From: Malacoraja senta
Lineage: Eukaryota
Length of the DNA stretch: 64,000 nucleotides
Direction: 5' to 3'
NCBI GenBank assembly: GCA_038087875.1
Contig: CM075990.1
Span: 4,776,001 to 4,840,000 of the forward strand
Program-made: the position numbers and the translations under genes
Part shown: one piece after another, positions 1 through 11,619 of the stretch
How the letters are laid out: every line of letters starts with the position of its first letter
Position numbering within the stretch: position 1 is the stretch's first letter
The notes under the pieces: model-generated
What the model was told of the DNA's origin: nothing
Database searches by the model: none
What the model saw: only the letters and a program-made list of their open reading frames with translations

Positions 1-187
1 GAAGATTATACAGAGACTTTGGTGGGTATCTCTCCAGTGCTCTGAGGTGTCTGTTATAGTCTGAGATGAACAAGTGGTGTGGATCACTGCTGCCCAGTAC
101 ATCATGAGATTTGACTATGAAGTCTTGATCTTTCTGTGATGGAACACTGAAAGCAATGATGATTTTCAACATCAATGTCTACCTTTG

Positions 188-500
188 TTAGTTTAGTTTA
201 GAGATACAGCGCGGAGTTAAGAGTCCCATCAGGTCCGCATCGACCTGAGATCACCACACACTAACACTATCCTACACCCAGTAGGGACAATTTTTACATT
301 TACCAAGCCAATTAACCTACAAACCTGTACGTCTTTGGAATGTGGGAGGAAACCAAAGATCTCGGAGAAAACCCACGCAGATCACGGGGAGAACGTACAA
401 ATTCCTTACAGATAGCACCAATAGTCAGGATCGAACCCGGGTCTCCGGCGCTGCATTCGCTGTAAGGCACCAACTCTACCGCTGCGCTACTATGACTGCC
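188..500 (-). mobile_element. tRNA-derived V-SINE (HE1-like), near full length
   Basis: Reverse complement has a tRNA-like head with B-box (GGGTTCGATCC), the V-domain-like core GGTTTCCTCCCACA..CCAAAGAC and a (TAAAC)n tail; matches copies at 15415 and 50265. Confidence 0.85.
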
Positions 501-847
501 AAAAGGTGACTCGCAAGATATAAGGAGCAGTCCGTGATTTACAGGGCCTTATCATGCATCTTTATTGTTAGAATGAAGTATTGTACAGCGGGGGCAGATT
601 GGCAGAGGACCTTTAGAACATAGAACAGTGTAGTTCAGAAGCAGGACCTCCAGTGTCTGTGCACAGAGTATGTGCACAATGTCTGTGCCAAACATGATGC
701 TAAGGCCAACTCTTATCTACCTGCACAGAGAACATAGAACAGGGCCTTCAGCCTACAAGGTTCACTCTATATGATGAAGGGCTACTAGGATTCACTGTGT
801 ATGATTGTATTGTTCTGGGATTCACCGCACTGTGTCTTGTGTTTCAG

Positions 848-1027
848 GGGGACTCTGGTGGCCCACTTCTCTGTCAGCATGGCTCGGATAAGTGGGAGGT
901 TCACGGTGTGGTCAGCTTTGGGCCCACTGGCTGCATTGTTGAAAATAAGCCCAGTGTATTTACCAGAACCACTGCCTACTTCCCCTGGATTGAGAAAACA
1001 AGGATATGGGATTACTTCTTAGACTGA
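848..1027 (+). CDS. Terminal coding exon of a chymotrypsin/elastase-family (S1A) serine protease, CELA2A/CTRC-like
   Basis: Acceptor tgtgtttcag (AG 846-847), phase 0, then [59 protein letters not shown]. Contains the catalytic Ser motif GDSGGP; upstream exons lie outside the window. Confidence 0.92.
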   Translation, partial: GDSGGPLLCQHGSDKWEVHGVVSFGPTGCIVENKPSVFTRTTAYFPWIEKTRIWDYFLD

Positions 1028-1072
1028 AGATAAGGCTAAAGATACCTCCGTTCTCAATTCAACTTTATTCAG

Positions 1073-1103
1073 AATAAAAAGAACTGTTTTACATAAAAAT
1101 AAA
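1073..1103 (+). terminator. Polyadenylation signals of the protease gene
   Basis: AATAAA at 1073-1078 and 1098-1103, followed by GT-rich sequence. Confidence 0.7.
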
Positions 1104-2020
1104 AGCTTTTGAAGGAAACATGGCTGTCTTTGAATGTAGTGAGCTGTGGGTGTATATTGAAAGCTTGAAGGAAGGGTGAATGTACGTCAAGGGAAAGAAC
1201 GACATTGATGGATCAAAACACTTTACAACCAAATAAGTGTTCAGAAATAGTCACATTTGTAATATTCGAAAGTTAACCAAAGGGACAAAGAATCAGTTGG
1301 TTGCAATTAATTTGGAGAATCTCAAACCAGCTCTTAATATTTGCAAACCAGTCGTCATAAAATTAGACTCTACCTCACACATGATCCAATTTGGATCTAA
1401 TGCAAATATGATACAACACACATAACAAATTGTAAGAGAAGCCATCTATGTTTGGTGATAAAATGGTTTGTTATTAATGGCCACTAATAACGTTGCACTC
1501 ATTTTATGTTGCTTTATGCAGCAAATCTTTTTGCAGCAAATGCAAAGTTTTGTGTTAGGACCTCCAGAAATTATTAAAATCAGTCTTGTAGCCACAAGAT
1601 ACTCCAACTAACAATGTAGGGATCGTCGTATGATGTTAATCCATCGGCATTCATTGCAATACAACCTTCCCAGTTACCACATTGCACACATGAGCTGTAA
1701 AGTCGCCATTTTGAGTGATACTTAAAGGCAGCCTGCAATTCCTAAATAGGTGGTGCAGTGCGGCTGCAATAAATGGTGAAAAGCTGCAATAAATTGGGAA
1801 GTGAATTTGTGCTGAGATACTGAACAGTGATTGAACTCGCAAGTGTTCACTGATAGTGCATTGGGTGCATTAGTTGCAAAAATTTGGAAGATGAGGGAAC
1901 TTTTGTATCCACAGCAAGACAGACGTACAACCAAACAGCATTAGAAATAGGTACCAGTGGAGCTCATTGGTGGTAATGTATCTGCAAGTAACGGAATTCT
2001 CTTCAAGAAATTGTTTAAAA

Positions 2021-2315
2021 ACTCCAATATTTTGAATTCAGTGCAAGATTCCAGCATCTGCTGTTTCTTGTGTCTTGAATTTAATGAATTACTGATTTGA
2101 TACTGACTGTTGGTGGATGGTAATGCGAATTTACTCATAGTAAGTGATGCAGTTGGTTTAATTTAAGAGGCACATCCCACCAACTGCATCACTTACTATG
2201 AGTAAATTTGCATTACCATCCACCAACAGTCAGTATCAAATCAGTAATTCATTAAATTCAAGACACAAGAAACAGCAGATGCTGGAATCTTGCATGGAAT
2301 TCAAAATATTGGAGT
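2021..2315. repeat. Near-perfect inverted repeat, 137-bp arms, 21-nt spacer
   Basis: 2021-2157 is the reverse complement of 2179-2315 with 3 mismatches. Confidence 0.95.
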
Positions 2316-4041
2316 AACTCAGCAGGTCAGGAAGCATCTCTGGGGGACATGGATAAGTGACATTTCGGGTCTGAGCCTGGAAGGGTCCCAATCCCAAGCA
2401 TTGTCTATCCATGTCCAAAAGAGATGCTGTCAAACCTGCTGAGTTACTCCAGCACTTTGTATTCAATTAATTTACGTTAACTTGTCCTCATATAAAGCTC
2501 TGTTGCAAGCCTTGGACCTACAACTCAACACACAACCATATGCCTTTGATTGCTAGTCAATGTTGTTCATATTTTGCTCGGAGGATGTATGGTGCCTCTG
2601 GCAATCAGGATTCAGTGACAGGGCCTTCTGTGAGCTTTGGAATTGTTCCCTGCAGGCATATGGGAAACAAGGCTTTTCGCTCCTCGCCTATTCCCACTTT
2701 CCCTCCTCCTAAATTCAGTGTTTTTGTTTCATTTTCCTCTGGTTTCTGTTCATTCTTCTGGTTATGTTCATATCCCCAGAGGAAACCCTTCCTGCTACAG
2801 ACAAGCCTTGACAAGAAATAAAAATCTAAATACTGTAAATGCCGGCAATCAAATAAAAATAGAAAATGTTGGAATCACTCAGCATGCCAGGCAGAATCTT
2901 AAGAAAGAGAAACAAGAGTTAATATTTCAGGTCAAATGCTCTGCATCAGATCTTCTGTCAGGATTCTCAACCTAAAATGTTAACTCTGTTTCCTTTCCCA
3001 CAGATGCTGCCTGACCTGTTGAATGTTTCCAACATTTTCTGTCTTTATGCTTGTAAATAACTTGTTTCAAAGTTAGCCTTTAAAAATATTTCAAAATATA
3101 TTCAATAGTATACTATCCAATTACAGAAAACTGCCACCATTATGAATTTCACATACCACTTCACAAAAGAATACAATAATGGCCAAAGGTCTGCAAATAT
3201 TGATTTTGTTTTTAATCTACAGACACTTCAAAGGACAGAAGGGTCTGACCCAAAATGTAATCTGTCCATTCCCTGCCTGGCCTGCTGAATTACTCCAGAA
3301 CTTGTTTTGCTCAAGATTCCAGCATCTACATTTCTTTCAAATGGCAGAAACCAAAATAAAGCAAGTAGTGTCCCATATTCTGACCCTAAACTCAAGAGGA
3401 ATTGTTCACAAGATTTACTGGCAACATCTTCAGAACAGCTTGATGTTTTTATGTAGGCAGTGAGGCCTCAAATGAAGGGAAATTAATTATTGCTTCCAAT
3501 TTGCCTTTGATGTTACAGTTGATGTTTATTGCCGGTAACTCGGTTTTAGTTGAGGCAGGGATAAACCTGCAAACTGCATTCTTTATGCTATTAAAGAACT
3601 GCCTAGCAATGCACCAACTTCATCTTAATTGCTTTATTACGTAGTCAATGGTGAATGCAAATGTATTCAGCAAGCGAGAACAGATGCAAATAACCATATT
3701 TTGATGTTCTTATGAAACATTTTGCTATTTTCTATTGGACTTTTGAAGTATTTATTGGACTTTTTTTTTCTTCCAGCCTCCCTGCACCTTTCTTTGTATT
3801 TGGTCCTTCAGGTTTCATTTTATTTGTCCTGCTATAATTTTAGTCATAAAATCAGAGTTTCCAAGTCCCAACTGTAGAGATGTGTGTGTATATTGTGCAG
3901 AGTACCTTAAAAATGTAATCAAATCAAACACATCTTACAATTAAAAATAACTGACATTATTGTATATGGCTTCTGAATTTTTTTAAACTTTCATGATAAA
4001 CGATGAGTAAACAACTATTTGTCAAATAATGTGTCGGGAGA

Positions 4042-4575
4042 TTATGATTATCAGAACAAACCACAAACCTTACGATAAGCCAGAGGCATTTTCTTGATTA
4101 CAGTTTAATAACTGCGAAAAAATGAATACTTAAATTTTTGGGGAAAAACAGCAACCCCCACAATTAAAATGTGGACTACTGAAATGACCGAGACCTTGCA
4201 TTTGGAAAAAATAAGATTTGTATTAATTGACAAACCAGAATTATTTTCTAAAATATGGTCTCCATTTATTGAATTTTTAAAAAAGTAAATTGGTTTAACA
4301 CAAAATTAAAGTCACAACTTGAGTTTAGGGTTGGATGAACAACTATACTAAATCCCCGGATCTATCTCCACAATCTTTATATTTGTAATCTCCTTTCTTT
4401 CCTGCTTTTTTTTTCTCTCTCTTTTAGTTTATAGTTTCTCTTATCTCTTTCTTTCTCTATTTCTTTTCTTTAAAAAAAACGTTAAAAATTGAAGCTATGT
4501 AAGAACTTTGTAACTAGTTTGTCATTTATTACCATTTGTACATATGCTTTTAATTATTTTTTTTAAAATAATAAT
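4042..4575 (+). mobile_element. 5'-truncated L1/Tx1-like LINE 3' end
   Basis: Degenerate ORF2 C-terminus (PTIKMWTTEMTETLHLEKIRF...FSKIWSPFIEF), (AAT)n tail, 17-bp TSD AATAATGTGTCGGGAGA at 4025-4041 and 4576-4592. Confidence 0.8.
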
Positions 4576-4580
4576 AATAA

Positions 4581-6290
4581 TGTGTCGGGAGAAACTGCAG
4601 ATGCTAGTTTAAAACAAAGACTGACACAAAAAGGGTAACTTAGGGGGTCAGGCAGCATCTTTGGAGAAAAGGAATAGGTCAAGATTCGGGTCAAGATCTT
4701 CTTCAGATTGAGAGTCTGGGGAAAGGGAAACGAGAGATATTGACGGTACGTAAGACAAATTAATGGAAGATATGCAGAAAGCAACAATAATCAAGGAAAT
4801 GTGGAACCTACAATGGTACATTGTTGGCTGTGGGATAGGTGATAACGAGCTATACTGACAGTGAAACTCAGCAGGCCAACAGTGAAACTGGTAAGACGAC
4901 TGGGGTGGTGATGGGAGAGAGTTACTTGAAGTTAGAGAAAAATTCATACCGCTGGATTTTAAATAATGTGTAGGAAGGAACTGCAGATGCTAGTTTACAT
5001 CGAAGATAGACACAAAATGCTGGAATAACTCAACGGAACAGGCCTCTGGAGAAAAGGAATGGGTGACGTTTCGGGTTGAGACCCTTCTTCAGACTGAGAG
5101 TCAGGGGAGAGGGAGACTAGAGATATGGAAGTTGGAAGGGTGTGAAAATGACAGATCAAAGCAGTCGATGATCATGGAAATGTACGATGGTTGTACAATT
5201 GTTGGCTGGGGGGGGGGGGGCAAGGTGTCAACGAGGCATACAACCAGTAACATTAATCAGGAGGACAGTGAAGCTAGTCGGAGAACTAGGGTTGGGGAGG
5301 GAGTCCACATCTCTGAGGATATGACATGGACATCACACGCTGCAGCACTCGTGAGTAAGGCAAGGCAGCGCCTTTACCACCTCAGGCAATTGAGGAAATT
5401 CAGAGTGTCTCCGAGGATCCTCCAGTGCTTCTACTCAGCGGCTGTGGAAAGCATCTTGTCTGGAAATATCACAATCTGGTTTGGGAATTGCTCTGCCCAG
5501 GACAAGAAGGCTCTGCAGAGAGTAGTGCGTTCGGCCGAACGCACTATGGGAACTTCACTCGCCCCTCTGCAGGAACTATACATCAGGAGGTGCAACTCCA
5601 GAGCCAATAAGATCATGGGAAACCCCTTCCACCCCTGCAACGGACTGTTCCAGCTGCTACGGTCAGGCAAACGCCTCCGTTGCCATGCTGTGAGAACGGA
5701 GAGGTTGAGAAGGAGTTTCTTCCCAGAGGCCATTAGGACTGTAAACTCCTATCACACCAGGGACTAACTTTACTGTACCATTCTACTGGGGTTTTTTTAA
5801 TTGTTTTTTTTCCCCCCTTTTTCCTTCCGCCCACAATATTTAATATGTAAAAGAATATGTGATTCTGTTCCATTCTGTTTGTTTGTTTTTTGCACAAAGT
5901 CCGCTAGCATTGTCACTTTTCATTTCACTGCACATCTCGTATGTATGTGACGAATAGACTTGACTTGGATGGAGAGAGGGAAAGCAGGGTTAAATGAAGT
6001 TGGATAAATCAATATTCATACCGCGGGGGTGTAAGTGAAATATGAGGTGCTGCTTTTCCTCCAATTTGTGCTGGGCCTCACTCTGACAGCGGAGGAGGCC
6101 CAGGACAGAAAAAGGTCGGTGTGGGAATGGGAGGGGACCGGAGTTAAAGTGTTTAGCAACCGGGAGACCTTAGTATGAAAGTCTACTCCTCCGATGTCCT
6201 TCAAACCTTCACCTTGTGATATGAGTTACTAGGAGTTAAAGTGTTTGGCAACCGGGAGATCAGGTAGGTTTTGGCGGAATGATGCGCTGT
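4581..6290 (-). mobile_element. Two tandem 5'-truncated Penelope-like elements (terminal repeat plus endonuclease C-terminus), the second interrupted by a LINE
   Basis: Repeat units start near 4581 and 4968; 5990-6170 on the minus strand encodes a frameshifted HFN..SHSHTDL.VLGLLRCQSEAQHKLEE..HLIF..PRGMNID tail of a PLE GIY-YIG domain; hammerhead-like motif at 5065-5092. Confidence 0.8.
5302..5967 (+). mobile_element. Rex1/Babar-like LINE 3' end (RT C-terminal region), nested in the Penelope-like element
   Basis: GVHISEDMTW...ARQRLYHLRQLRKF...FYSAAVESILSGNITIWFG...LQRVVRSAER...SFFPEAIR; (GACTT)n tail. Confidence 0.85.
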
Positions 6291-6334
6291 TTAGGTGTTT
6301 TAAATAAATAATAATAATGTGAGCTGATAAACCT

Positions 6335-6720
6335 CACCGTCATGGCGTCGAGCGGGGTGGCAACGGGCTCATCACGTGACGCGCGCCGGAAAGCGCGAGC
6401 GCCGGGCTGCTGCAAAGTGTCGCGCGGACGCTGGTTGCCATGGTTTGACGGGCCGGTCGGTCGGACGGACGGACATTGCGGCTCTCACCCGCCCCTCACC
6501 CAGCTCGACAAAATGGACAACTCGGGAACCGGCGGAGGCCTGCGGGCCGGCTTCGGCCTCTTCGGCGGCGGTGGCGGAGTAGGAGGTGGTGCGGGAGCGG
6601 CCGGCGGCTCGGTGTCAGATTATTCGCAGCCCGACCTTTCCCGTGTCCCCTGTGAGTATGACGCTGGCTAGGCCCGAGGCGCCGAGCACCAACTCGGCAC
6701 CGTCTTCGTCCTCGCTTAAA
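6335..6720 (+). promoter_or_regulatory. TIMM23: TIMM23 CpG-island promoter and first exon region
   Basis: CpG-dense; E-box/CLEAR-like TCACGTGAC 6372-6380, ETS-like CCGGAAA 6386-6392, X-box-like GTTGCCATGG 6434-6443, YY1-like CATGGCG near 6341. Confidence 0.75.
6513..6651 (+). CDS. TIMM23: TIMM23 coding exon 1 (mitochondrial inner membrane translocase subunit Tim23)
   Basis: AAAATGG Kozak context; MDNSGTGGGLRAGFGLFGGG...DYSQPDLSRVP; donor GTGAGT at 6652, phase 1. Confidence 0.93.
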
Positions 6721-6737
6721 GGGGCATGTCATTTGTA

Positions 6738-6980
6738 GATTAGATTAGATTTTATTTGTTGTCATTTGAATCCAGAGGTTCAAACGCAATTTGGTTTCTG
6801 CAGTCATACAAACAGGAAGAAGAACCAAGACACAACACAATTTACAGAAACATCCATCACAGCGAATTCCTCCTCACTGTGATGGAAGGCAAAGTCTTAT
6901 CTCCCCTGCACTCCCCATTCTCCTCCCGATGTCAGAGTCAAAGCCCCCGGCGGGCGATGGTAAATAAGTCCCGCGGCCAT
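6738..6980 (-). mobile_element. 3' fragment of a GC-rich non-autonomous retroelement (same family as 23250 and 28593)
   Basis: Shared TCCATCACAGTG...CTGTGATGGA hairpin, AATAAA and (AATCT)n tail on the minus strand. Confidence 0.65.
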
Positions 6981-7151
6981 GTAAACAAATAAGTCAGTTA
7001 TAACTGCCATTAAGTACTGGGCCTCATGGTCTCGACCCGAAACGTCGCCTATTTCCTTCGCTCCATAGATGCTGCCTCACATATTTACAGCAAATAAGTC
7101 AGTTATAACTGCCTTTTGATCTTGACATTAAAAATACAGCTACTCACATTG

Positions 7152-7375
7152 TAGATAGACGCAAAAAGCTGGAGTAACTCAGCGGGACAGGCAGCATCTC
7201 CGGAGAGAAGGAATGCGTGATGTTTCCGGTCGAGACCCTTCTTCAGAAGAGCAGTCTCAAAGAGAAGTCTCGACCCGAAACGTCACCCATTCCTTCCCTC
7301 CAGTGATGCTGCCTGTCCCGCTGAGTTACTTCAGCATTTTGTATCTACGGTGTAAACCAGTATCTGTAGCTCCTG
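7152..7375. mobile_element. Inverted pair of Penelope-derived terminal repeats (hairpin element)
   Basis: GCTGGAGTAACTCAGCGGGACAGGCAGCATC ... GATGCTGCCTGTCCCGCTGAGTTACTTCAGC arms. Confidence 0.8.
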
Positions 7376-7908
7376 TAGGAAGGACATTATTGCCATAGAG
7401 GGAGTGCAGAGAAGGTTCACCAGACTGATTCCTGGGATGTCAGGACTGTCTTATGAAGAAAGACTGGATAGACTTGGTTTATACTCTCTAGAATTTAGGA
7501 GATTGAGAGGGGATCTTATAGAAACGTACAAATTTCTTAAGGGGTTGGACAGGCTAGATGCAGGAAGATTGCTCCCGATGTTGGGGAAGTCCAGGACAAG
7601 GGGTCACAGCTTAAGGATAAGGGGGAAATCCTTTAAAACGAGATGAGAAGAACTTTTTTCACACAGAGAGTGGTGAATCTCTGGAACTCTCTGCCACAGA
7701 GGGTAGTCGAGGCCAGTTCATTGGCTATATTTAAGAGGGAGTTAGATGTGGCCCTTGTGGCTAAAGGGATCAGAGGGTATGGAGAGAAGGCAGGTACGGG
7801 ATACTGAGTTGGATGATCAGCCATGATCATATTGAATGGCGGTGCAGGCTCGAAGGGCCGAATGGCCTACTCCTGCACCTAATTTCTATGTTTCTATGTT
7901 TCTATGTT
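7376..7908 (+). mobile_element. CR1/HER1-type LINE 3' end, young copy
   Basis: QRRFTRLIPGMSGLSYEERLDRLGLYSLEFRRLRGDLIETYK; (TTTCTATG)n tail; near-identical to 54772-55260. Confidence 0.92.
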
Positions 7909-8270
7909 TCCTGCACATTTTGGTTTGAGTAAGATAAAACTGCTTCTTTGCCTTATGTTCTTTATCTTAAAAAATACAGCAACTCACATTGGCTACGAGT
8001 AGGTTGTACATGCCCTTCAACAATTGATGAATTTTGCTAATTGTGAATTAAGTCAAGTCAAGTGAATTTTATTTTTCACACACACATACAAGATGTGCAG
8101 TGAAATGAAAGTGGCAATGCCTGTGGATTGTGCAAAAACTACAGAACAGAATCAGTATTTACATGTTAGAATGTCATTAACTTTGTTCGTAGTTATATGG
8201 CAAAACTGTAGATTTGCCTGATATTCATCCCTGAAGCCTGATACAAGGGAAATTACTCAAGTTTTCAAAT

Positions 8271-8370
8271 TGAAGGTAGACAAAAATGCTGGAGAAACTC
8301 AGCAGGTGAGGCAGCATCTATGGAGCGAAGGAAATAGGTGACGTTTCGGGTCGAGACCCTTCTTCAGACT
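8271..8370 (-). ncRNA. Penelope-derived terminal repeat with an intact minimal hammerhead-ribozyme motif (core 8340-8367)
   Basis: Minus strand reads CTGAAGA-A-GGGTC-TC-GACCC-GAAAC-GTC-AC; activity not shown. Confidence 0.65.
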
Positions 8371-8721
8371 TTTTCATTAATTTTTCAAATTAATTGTTTT
8401 ATTATGTTTCATGCCTGTTCATCAGCATATATAGACATGGGGAACTGCAGATGCTGAAATCTTGTGGATGAAGACGATGAGGCCCAGTACTTAAGGGCAA
8501 CTGTTCTGAGAAATTGAAGTAGAGAGGTAGTTGAGATCATTTTTGACAATCCAGCAACAACCGATTTATAATATGTATTTTTCAGAGAGGGATGGTCAGA
8601 GGTGGGGGTTTGGGATTGATGGGATTGAGAATAAGTTGTAGATGCAGAAGTGATTTGGAACATAGTCTAAAGTAAACACAAAACCGTACACCACAGGAAC
8701 AACAACATATCCCAATTTTAC

Positions 8722-9170
8722 GAGTATCCAGGACTAGAGGGTCTGAGTTATAGGCAGAGGTTGAGTAGGCTGGGGCTCTATTCCTTGGAGCACAGGAGAA
8801 TTAGAGGTGATCTTATAGAGGTATATAAGATCATGAGAGGAATAGATTGGGTAGATGCACAGAGTCTCTTGCCCAGCATAGGTGAATCGATGACCAGAGG
8901 ACATAGGTTTAAGGTGAAGGGGAAAATATTTAATAGGAATCTGAGGGGTAACTTTTTCTCACAAAGTGTGGTGGATATATGGAATAAGCTGCCAGAGGAG
9001 GTAATTGAGGCGGGGATTATCCCAACATTTAAGATGCAGTTGGACAGATACATGGATAGGACAGGTTTGGAGGGATATGGATCAAATGCTGGTAGGTGGT
9101 AATAATGTAGCTCAGACATTTGGCCGGTGTAGGCATGTTGGGTAGAAGGGGCTGTTTCCACACTATGACT
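8722..9170 (+). mobile_element. CR1-type LINE 3' end
   Basis: RLGLYSLEHRRIRGDLIEVYKIMRG...TRGHRFK...FFSQSVVDIWNKLP. Confidence 0.88.
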
Positions 9171-9780
9171 TTATGGTCCAAATATCTGAATCCCTGTCCC
9201 CTGCACCAATTCCTCAGTAATGCATTCATCAGTCCTATCCTATTGCTACCCTCATTAGCAAGTGGCAGCAATAGTATTCCAGAGATTGCCACCCTTGAGG
9301 TTTTCCATTTTAACCGTTAGCCTAGCTCCCTATATTCACTGCTTAGGACTTCATCCCATTTCCTATCTATGCCGTTTGTGCTGATGTGCACAATGACTTC
9401 TGGCTGCTCCCCCTCCCCCTTGAGAATGTTCTGCAGCTGCTCAGAGACATCCTGGACCCTGGCAAAAGGGTATAGCTGTTTTGCAGGGGAATGGCCAGAG
9501 GTGATTCCTCTCTGCCTATTCCCTTTCCTGATGGTCACCCATCTATTCTCTGTCTGTACTTGTGTGTGACCACCTCTCTAACCCCTATGTATGAAATTCA
9601 TCGCTCTCCTGGACGAGCCTGAGGCCATCCAGCTGCAGCTCCAGTTCCCTAACACGGTCTTTAAGGAGCTGCACCTGAATGCACCTCCTGCAGATGCAGT
9701 CCTCAGGGACACTGGTCATCTTTCTGAGTTCCCACATCCCACAGGCCGAGCACCCCAATAGCTTCCATCTCGCACACACC
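9171..9780 (-). mobile_element. CR1 ORF1 remnant (Cys-rich finger, coiled coil, SGNH esterase)
   Basis: CSACGMWE...CICRRCIQVQLLKDRVRELELQL; PEVIVHISTNGIDRK; ISGILL...MNALLRNWCRGQGFRYLDH. Confidence 0.8.
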
Positions 9781-11560
9781 AGTACCAAGTTGCACTCTGA
9801 AACAATCAAAAAATATTTGTTGCTTTATAGTATTTTGCATGGTTCAATGTGATTATGGAGGAAAAAAGTCTTGGGAGGAAAGAAGTGTTGTAGAAGTTTC
9901 TATTTTTGTAAGATAAGCCTTAAGTGGATAAGTTTAATATGGAGCTGGTGCTTGAGCAATGCAGCTCAGAGCCAAGGACAAGGGTAACGTTATTGTTTTG
10001 TCGATGTGCAGCCAGAGGAATTTTAAGTTGCATTTTCAACAAGGGAATTCTTTTATATCCATAGGCAGTCAATATTGAAAATGTATGCAATCGTTCTAAA
10101 GATAATTCACGGTGCAAAAGATAACTGTCTATCTTGGTTTTGATTTAATGTTTTGTGGGTTGCAGTAAGTATAAGTATTATTTATAGATAAAAGCCATCT
10201 CTGAATTCTTTTTAGGAAGTATTTCTTGGTAGGCATAAAGCAGAAATTCTGGGAATAGTCAGCTTATTTGATAGTTTCCACACAGAGTTTCAGAGTTTCA
10301 AATTCATGATCTTTCATTGCATCTGGGGAAAGGTGGAAATGCAACAGGTTTTGAGCAGCTGCCAAAGATGCTTCCTGTCCTTTGGTGTTTTATATTATAT
10401 ATATTTAATTTTTTTGATTTCCACCCTCTGGAGTATTTCACTTTTGGAATGTTGATATGCAATTCTGGAAGGTTTTGTTACTGGTCATTTTGTTTTCCAA
10501 ATCCTAAGGAGTCTTTTGTACTGGTCTGGGGAGACCTGCAGTGTTTTGATTTAAACTACCCTGTTGTGCTGCACAGTCCACTAGTTCAGAGGCTTCTCTC
10601 CTGCCTCTCTGGCTTATAATTGTTGTCAATGTTGATTTTTGCATGGTGCCACAATTAGTTGCTTTGTGGATTAGCATTTGGATGCTACTGCTAACATCCA
10701 GGTAAGATGGACAGTAAATGCTAAATTAAACCATTTGGAGATAAAAGGCCAAATGCCAACTTAAAAATACAAGGCCTTGGGGGCAGATGGTATCACTAAT
10801 GAAGTTTTAAAACTCAACAGTGAAGGACTTTAGTCTTTAGACTTTAGAGAAAGTGCGTGGAAACAGGCCCTTCGGCCCACTGTCGCAATCGCCCCATGGA
10901 ATAGCAATATCCTACACACTAGCGACGATTTACAGAAGCCAATTAAGCTACAAACCTGTATATCTTTGGAATGTGGTGGAAACCGGAGCATCAAATTTGA
11001 GTGGGAACTCAAATTTCACTGTACCTTAATTGGTACATGTAACAATAAACTGACCTTGAGACCTTGAAATCTGGAGAAAACCCATGCAGTCACAAGGAGA
11101 ATGTACAAACTCCATACAGACTGCAGCATCATCCACCATACATGACTGTTTTTGCCTGTTTACCAGGTTTAAACAACCCTAACATTGTATTGAACTTTTT
11201 GCCAATTTTACATTTTGTTTTGCAGGCAACCAATTGAGCATTAGTGCCAAGTACATTTATGATTTAGTGCAGCAAAATGGGTGTCATTAAATTCCACTCC
11301 GCAATGAGCACAAAAGCGGGTCCCTGTCTAGCACGTCGAGATGATCTGGAAACCACTCTTGAAAAGTGGACTTTCTCAAAGGAAATGTGTGAAAGCTATG
11401 GATTCTTTAAGTGAAATGTCATTCAACAATTTCTAGGCGTGAGTGCGAATGAAAGAAATACATGCGTTGGTGCAGAGAGGGAGGGTCAGGTTGTGCTTGA
11501 GAGGAAAAAGAGAATGAAGAATGTTGCTGGGACTAACTGTTGCTGTTTTGCTGCTTTCAG

Positions 11561-11619
11561 TGACTGGAATGAGCCCTCTGTCTCCATACCTGAACCTTGA
11601 TCCTAGATATTTGATTCAT
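11561..11619 (+). CDS. TIMM23: TIMM23 coding exon 2
   Basis: tttcag / (L)TGMSPLSPYLNLDPRYLIH / gtgagt; 59 nt. Confidence 0.96.

Noticed and set aside
5063..5767. 234-aa ORF as a host gene
   Set aside because: Chance fusion of Penelope-repeat sequence and a Rex1-like RT C-terminus; no ATG start or splice context
6986..7113. CRISPR-like or functional array suggested by a 23-bp direct repeat
   Set aside because: Only two copies, flanking a repeat fragment in a vertebrate intron; best explained as an insertion-associated duplication
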